Shown: one piece after another, positions 60,891 to 64,000 of the stretch | How positions within the stretch are numbered: the first letter of the stretch is position 1 | How the letters are laid out: each line of letters starts with the position of its first letter | NCBI GenBank assembly: GCA_033549025.1 | Contig: JAWSUS010000010.1 | Span: 28,892-92,891, forward strand | Direction: 5' to 3' | Length of the DNA: 64,000 nt | Origin: Desulfuromonadales bacterium | GTDB taxonomy: Bacteria > Desulfobacterota > Desulfuromonadia > Desulfuromonadales > SZUA-540 | Notes under the pieces: model-generated | What the model was told of the DNA's origin: nothing | What the model saw: the letters and a program-made list of their open reading frames with translations, nothing else | Database searches by the model: none | Made by a program: the position numbers and the translations under genes

Positions 60891-63719
60891 TCAGGCGATG
60901 CGAATGGTTTTGTACAGGAAGTTCTTGAATTTATAAAAAACTTTCTGGTCCTCATCCGTGCCGTTCTTGACGTCGCAAGCTTTGAGCAGGGCGGCCAGCT
61001 TCGGCATGGTGGTGCCACCCTGGGCGCGGGCGAGGTCGACCACCGCGGCCACCACATCCCGGGAGATGCGATTCTCCGAAAAGGGGATGTGCACCGCGCT
61101 CCAGAAATCCCGCTCCCCGCGGGTGATCCCCTCCAGAATCTCCTGCGCCATCTGCTCCGTCAGTTTCTCCGCCACATCCTCCCTCTCTTGGGCCTCCATC
61201 GAACTGAGCACCCGGCGGATATCCTCCTCGTTGATCACATGTCCCTTGCGAAAGAAGAGAGCCCGCAGCAGGATGCTGCGCAGCTCGCGGATGTTGCCGG
61301 TGTAGTGGTGCTGCACCAGCAGGTGCTGGGCGCTGCGGGTCAGGGTGGGGGCGTCGTCCTCCGTCTCCTCGGGCTTCTTGTAGACGCGAAAGAGCTTGCC
61401 GAGGAAGTGGGTGGCCAGGTCGGGGATATCCTCATGACGCTGGTTGAGGGAAGGCACCTCAATGGTCAGTTCGGAGAGGCGGTGGTAGAGGTCCTCGCGG
61501 AAATGACCTTCGCGGATGAGCTGTCGCAGGTTCTTGTTGGTGGCGGCGATGAGCAGCACGCGGGCATAGCGGGTGGTGTTCTCGCCCAGACGCACGAAAC
61601 CGCCGTTGTCGAGAAAGCGCAGCAGCTGCACCTGGGTCTTGGGGTCGGCATCACCGATCTCGTCCAGAAAGACCACGCCGCCGTGGGCCTCTTCCAGTAT
61701 CCCCTTGCGGTCGGCGTGGGCGCCGGTAAAGGCGCCCCGTTTGTGGCCGAAGAGCTCCGAGTAGGTCAGCTCGCCGCTGTAGGCGGCAATGTTGGTCTTC
61801 TTCACCGGCAGCTCCCCCTGGGGCGCCAGCTTTTCCCGGTACATCTCGTTGAGGCGGGAGAAGATGTTGTTGAAGAGGAACTCCTTGCCGCTGCCCGTGT
61901 TGCCGGTGATAAGGATGGAGGGGAGTCCCAGGGTGGCCTCCTGGATGTCGCGCTGGTGCCAGTAGGCGATGCGGTTGAAAATGGGCGGGGTGATGCGCTG
62001 GATGAAGTCGACCACCTCGTTGGCCTTGGTCGAGTTGCCGATGATGTTCCCCAGCTTGTAGGAAGAGATCTTGGGATCCTTGTAGCCGACGTCCGTGCGC
62101 AGGCGGTTGACCTCGGTGGTGAGCTTCTCGATGCGCTGCAGGTCGGACAGATAGCGGGAGATCATGCGCTCGATGATGAGCAGCAGGCGCTTGTGTTCCT
62201 CGGTGAAGTAGTAGGGGCGCAGGCTGTCGAGACAGATGACGGCGATAACCTCGCCGTCGCTGATGACGGGGACGGCCAGCTCGCTCTTGATGGCCTCGGT
62301 GATCTCCCGGTAGAAGCCGCCGGCCAGTTTTTCCTCGGCCGTGTCCGAAACCAGGTAGGGGCGGCCCGTGTAGGCCACATGGCCGGTCAGGCTGCGTTCC
62401 CCCGGCGGCAGGTTGGTGCTGCCGACGCGAATGGGGGGAATGTTCTTCTTGAGCCACTCCTTGCTCTTGGCGCCGATGAGGCGGCCATCGGGTTCTTCCA
62501 CCACCAGCCAGCGTTCGCCGCTCTCCTCCCGCACCAGGGCGATGCTGCCGGTGGAGGCGCCGATGAGCTCCGTCGCCATGGACAGGATGCGGTTGAGGAA
62601 GGGCTGCAGACCCTCGAACTTCTCCTTGAGCAGGTCGTTGATCTCTGAGAGGACTTTGACCTCCATGTGCTCGTCGCCGATCTCCTGGATGACCCGTTCC
62701 GCCATCTCGGCGTGGGCTTCGAGCAGGCCCGTCTCGAACTCGGAAAAGCGGTAGTCCTCCTTGGTATAGTAGTTGACCAGGCAGATGACGCGGCGGGTGT
62801 AGGGGTCGTAGCGGGGGACGACGTAAAGGGACTTCAGCCCCAGTTCCTCGGTGAGGTAGCGCTTCTGCAGGGATTCGGTGGGCAGGCTGGGCAGAAAGAG
62901 GGGCTTGAGCAGGGTGTCGTCGATGATAATGCCGGCGCTGTTGATATACTGGGAGAGCAGGGATTTGCCCGGCGCCAGGCTGATGAGTTTGTCGTCTTCG
63001 TAAATGCGTTTGACATCCTTCTCTTTGGAGAAGGTGGCTAGTACCTGCAGGCCCTCTTCGCCGGCATCGGGAGCCAGGGGGGAAGGGACGAGGACCGAGG
63101 CGAGGGCAAGGCGATCGAGCAGCTCGACCGCCGATTTCACCATGGCGAAGGCCGCTTCCTTCTTTTTGGCCTCGTCCACCCGCCGGGCCAGCACGATCTG
63201 CTGGTGGTACTTGCGGGCCTGGTCGATTCCGGGGACGACCTGCTGCAGAAAGGTCGCCAGGCTCTCCTGCTGGTCATCCGAGGGGAGTTGCCCCTTGCGG
63301 CTGCTGTCGATACAGAGGACGCCCACGGCCCGTCCCTGGTGGACAAGGGGGAGGTGGTAGGAGGACTGCACGGCGAAACGCTCCGCCAATTCGAGAGCGA
63401 AAGGGTTATCCAGGGTCGCCACGTCGCTGACCCAGGCCGCTTCCTGGGTGGTGTAGACCCGGCTGACCAGGAATTCCTCGGAGTTGATGGGGAAGCCCTG
63501 CCGCCGGATGCTGCGGGCGTGAATGCCGTTGGCGGCGGCGCATTTGAGGCTGCCGCTGGTCAGGTCTTCCAGGTAGATGCGGCAACGATGGTGCGGCGCG
63601 ATGAGCCCGATAGCCTCCATCATGACGTGCAGGATGTCTTCGAGGTTTTCCTTGCCGTAACCGCCGATCTTGGCCGTCAGGTCGCGAACCTGGGGCGGGA
63701 GGTTGGGTGCCGTATTCAT
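60891..63719 (-). CDS. Multi-GAF sigma54-dependent enhancer-binding protein
   Basis: Walker A GNTGSGKE, GAFTGA, Walker B FLDEIG, FREDLYHRL, GNIREL; GAF signatures LPLVHQGRAVGVLCID and LAVPVISDGEVIAVICLD. Start moved to ATG63719 (RBS AAAGGA). Confidence 0.9.
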   Translation of the reverse strand: MNTAPNLPPQVRDLTAKIGGYGKENLEDILHVMMEAIGLIAPHHRCRIYLEDLTSGSLKCAAANGIHARSIRRQGFPINSEEFLVSRVYTTQEAAWVSDVATLDNPFALELAERFAVQSSYHLPLVHQGRAVGVLCIDSSRKGQLPSDDQQESLATFLQQVVPGIDQARKYHQQIVLARRVDEAKKKEAAFAMVKSAVELLDRLALASVLVPSPLAPDAGEEGLQVLATFSKEKDVKRIYEDDKLISLAPGKSLLSQYINSAGIIIDDTLLKPLFLPSLPTESLQKRYLTEELGLKSLYVVPRYDPYTRRVICLVNYYTKEDYRFSEFETGLLEAHAEMAERVIQEIGDEHMEVKVLSEINDLLKEKFEGLQPFLNRILSMATELIGASTGSIALVREESGERWLVVEEPDGRLIGAKSKEWLKKNIPPIRVGSTNLPPGERSLTGHVAYTGRPYLVSDTAEEKLAGGFYREITEAIKSELAVPVISDGEVIAVICLDSLRPYYFTEEHKRLLLIIERMISRYLSDLQRIEKLTTEVNRLRTDVGYKDPKISSYKLGNIIGNSTKANEVVDFIQRITPPIFNRIAYWHQRDIQEATLGLPSILITGNTGSGKEFLFNNIFSRLNEMYREKLAPQGELPVKKTNIAAYSGELTYSELFGHKRGAFTGAHADRKGILEEAHGGVVFLDEIGDADPKTQVQLLRFLDNGGFVRLGENTTRYARVLLIAATNKNLRQLIREGHFREDLYHRLSELTIEVPSLNQRHEDIPDLATHFLGKLFRVYKKPEETEDDAPTLTRSAQHLLVQHHYTGNIRELRSILLRALFFRKGHVINEEDIRRVLSSMEAQEREDVAEKLTEQMAQEILEGITRGERDFWSAVHIPFSENRISRDVVAAVVDLARAQGGTTMPKLAALLKACDVKNGTDEDQKVFYKFKNFLYKTIRIA

Positions 63720-63759
63720 GGGGGTCGTGTTCCTTTGTATGTAGGTAATGTACTCAGGC

Positions 63760-63789
63760 ACTATACGCGCAGGCCGGGGCCTTTGTCAA
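63760..63789 (-). promoter_or_regulatory. Putative sigma70 promoter of the GAF/sigma54 activator
   Basis: TTGACA-N18-TATAGT; the -10 overlaps the track's GTG63761 start. Confidence 0.6.
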
Positions 63790-63990
63790 AAGGGGGATTT
63801 CTCGGGGTTTTCGGCAGATGATTCTTGCCCTGCCGGCGGATAGACATTAGACTGATAGTCCTTTTTCCAGCACCCCGCCGCGTTTAAGGCCGGACGGGGG
63901 ATGACGATTTCAGGCAACCACGAGTGGGGCGGCTCCAGTTTTCTTGGACACTGATTTGGGATAATATTCCCATGTCCAAGGAGGTTGAAA

Positions 63991-64000
63991 ATGACCGAAC
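63991..64000 (+). CDS. Start of a divergent gene truncated by the window end
   Basis: Strong RBS AAGGAGGT followed by ATG ACC GAA. Confidence 0.45.

Noticed and set aside
63720..63761. GTG63761 start of the sigma54 activator
   Set aside because: It overlaps a predicted -10 box; ATG63719 has an RBS.

Overview
GC-rich bacterial chromosomal segment; gene content and order (multiheme cytochrome c, sirC-ccsA-hemA-hemC-cobA/hemD-hemB block, REC/TPR and GspE-N proteins) suggest a Desulfuromonadales deltaproteobacterium (inference). About 60 CDS: a Hanks-type Ser/Thr kinase plus FHA protein, a 9-gene Mrp-type antiporter operon, htpX behind a yybP-ykoY (Mn2+) riboswitch, a KamA-family radical SAM gene followed by rpsU behind a ~390-nt structured leader, carB, plsY, mltG, a lactate-utilisation (LUD/Fe-S) pair, an orphan EhuB-like binding protein coupled to a membrane PAS-GGDEF-EAL protein, KtrAB, two two-component systems, a second GGDEF-EAL gene, a pentaheme cytochrome, degP, prmA-rsmE, a BCCT transporter, a dapF...darP operon, trxA, the tetrapyrrole operon, an M16 peptidase and a large GAF/sigma54 activator. 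No rRNA, tRNA, CRISPR array, prophage or transposase was seen. The best candidates for undescribed biology are the EhuB-like/GGDEF-EAL module, the leader-kamA-rpsU unit with a changed substrate pocket, and Mn-riboswitch control of HtpX. All calls come from reading motifs by eye; no database search was run.
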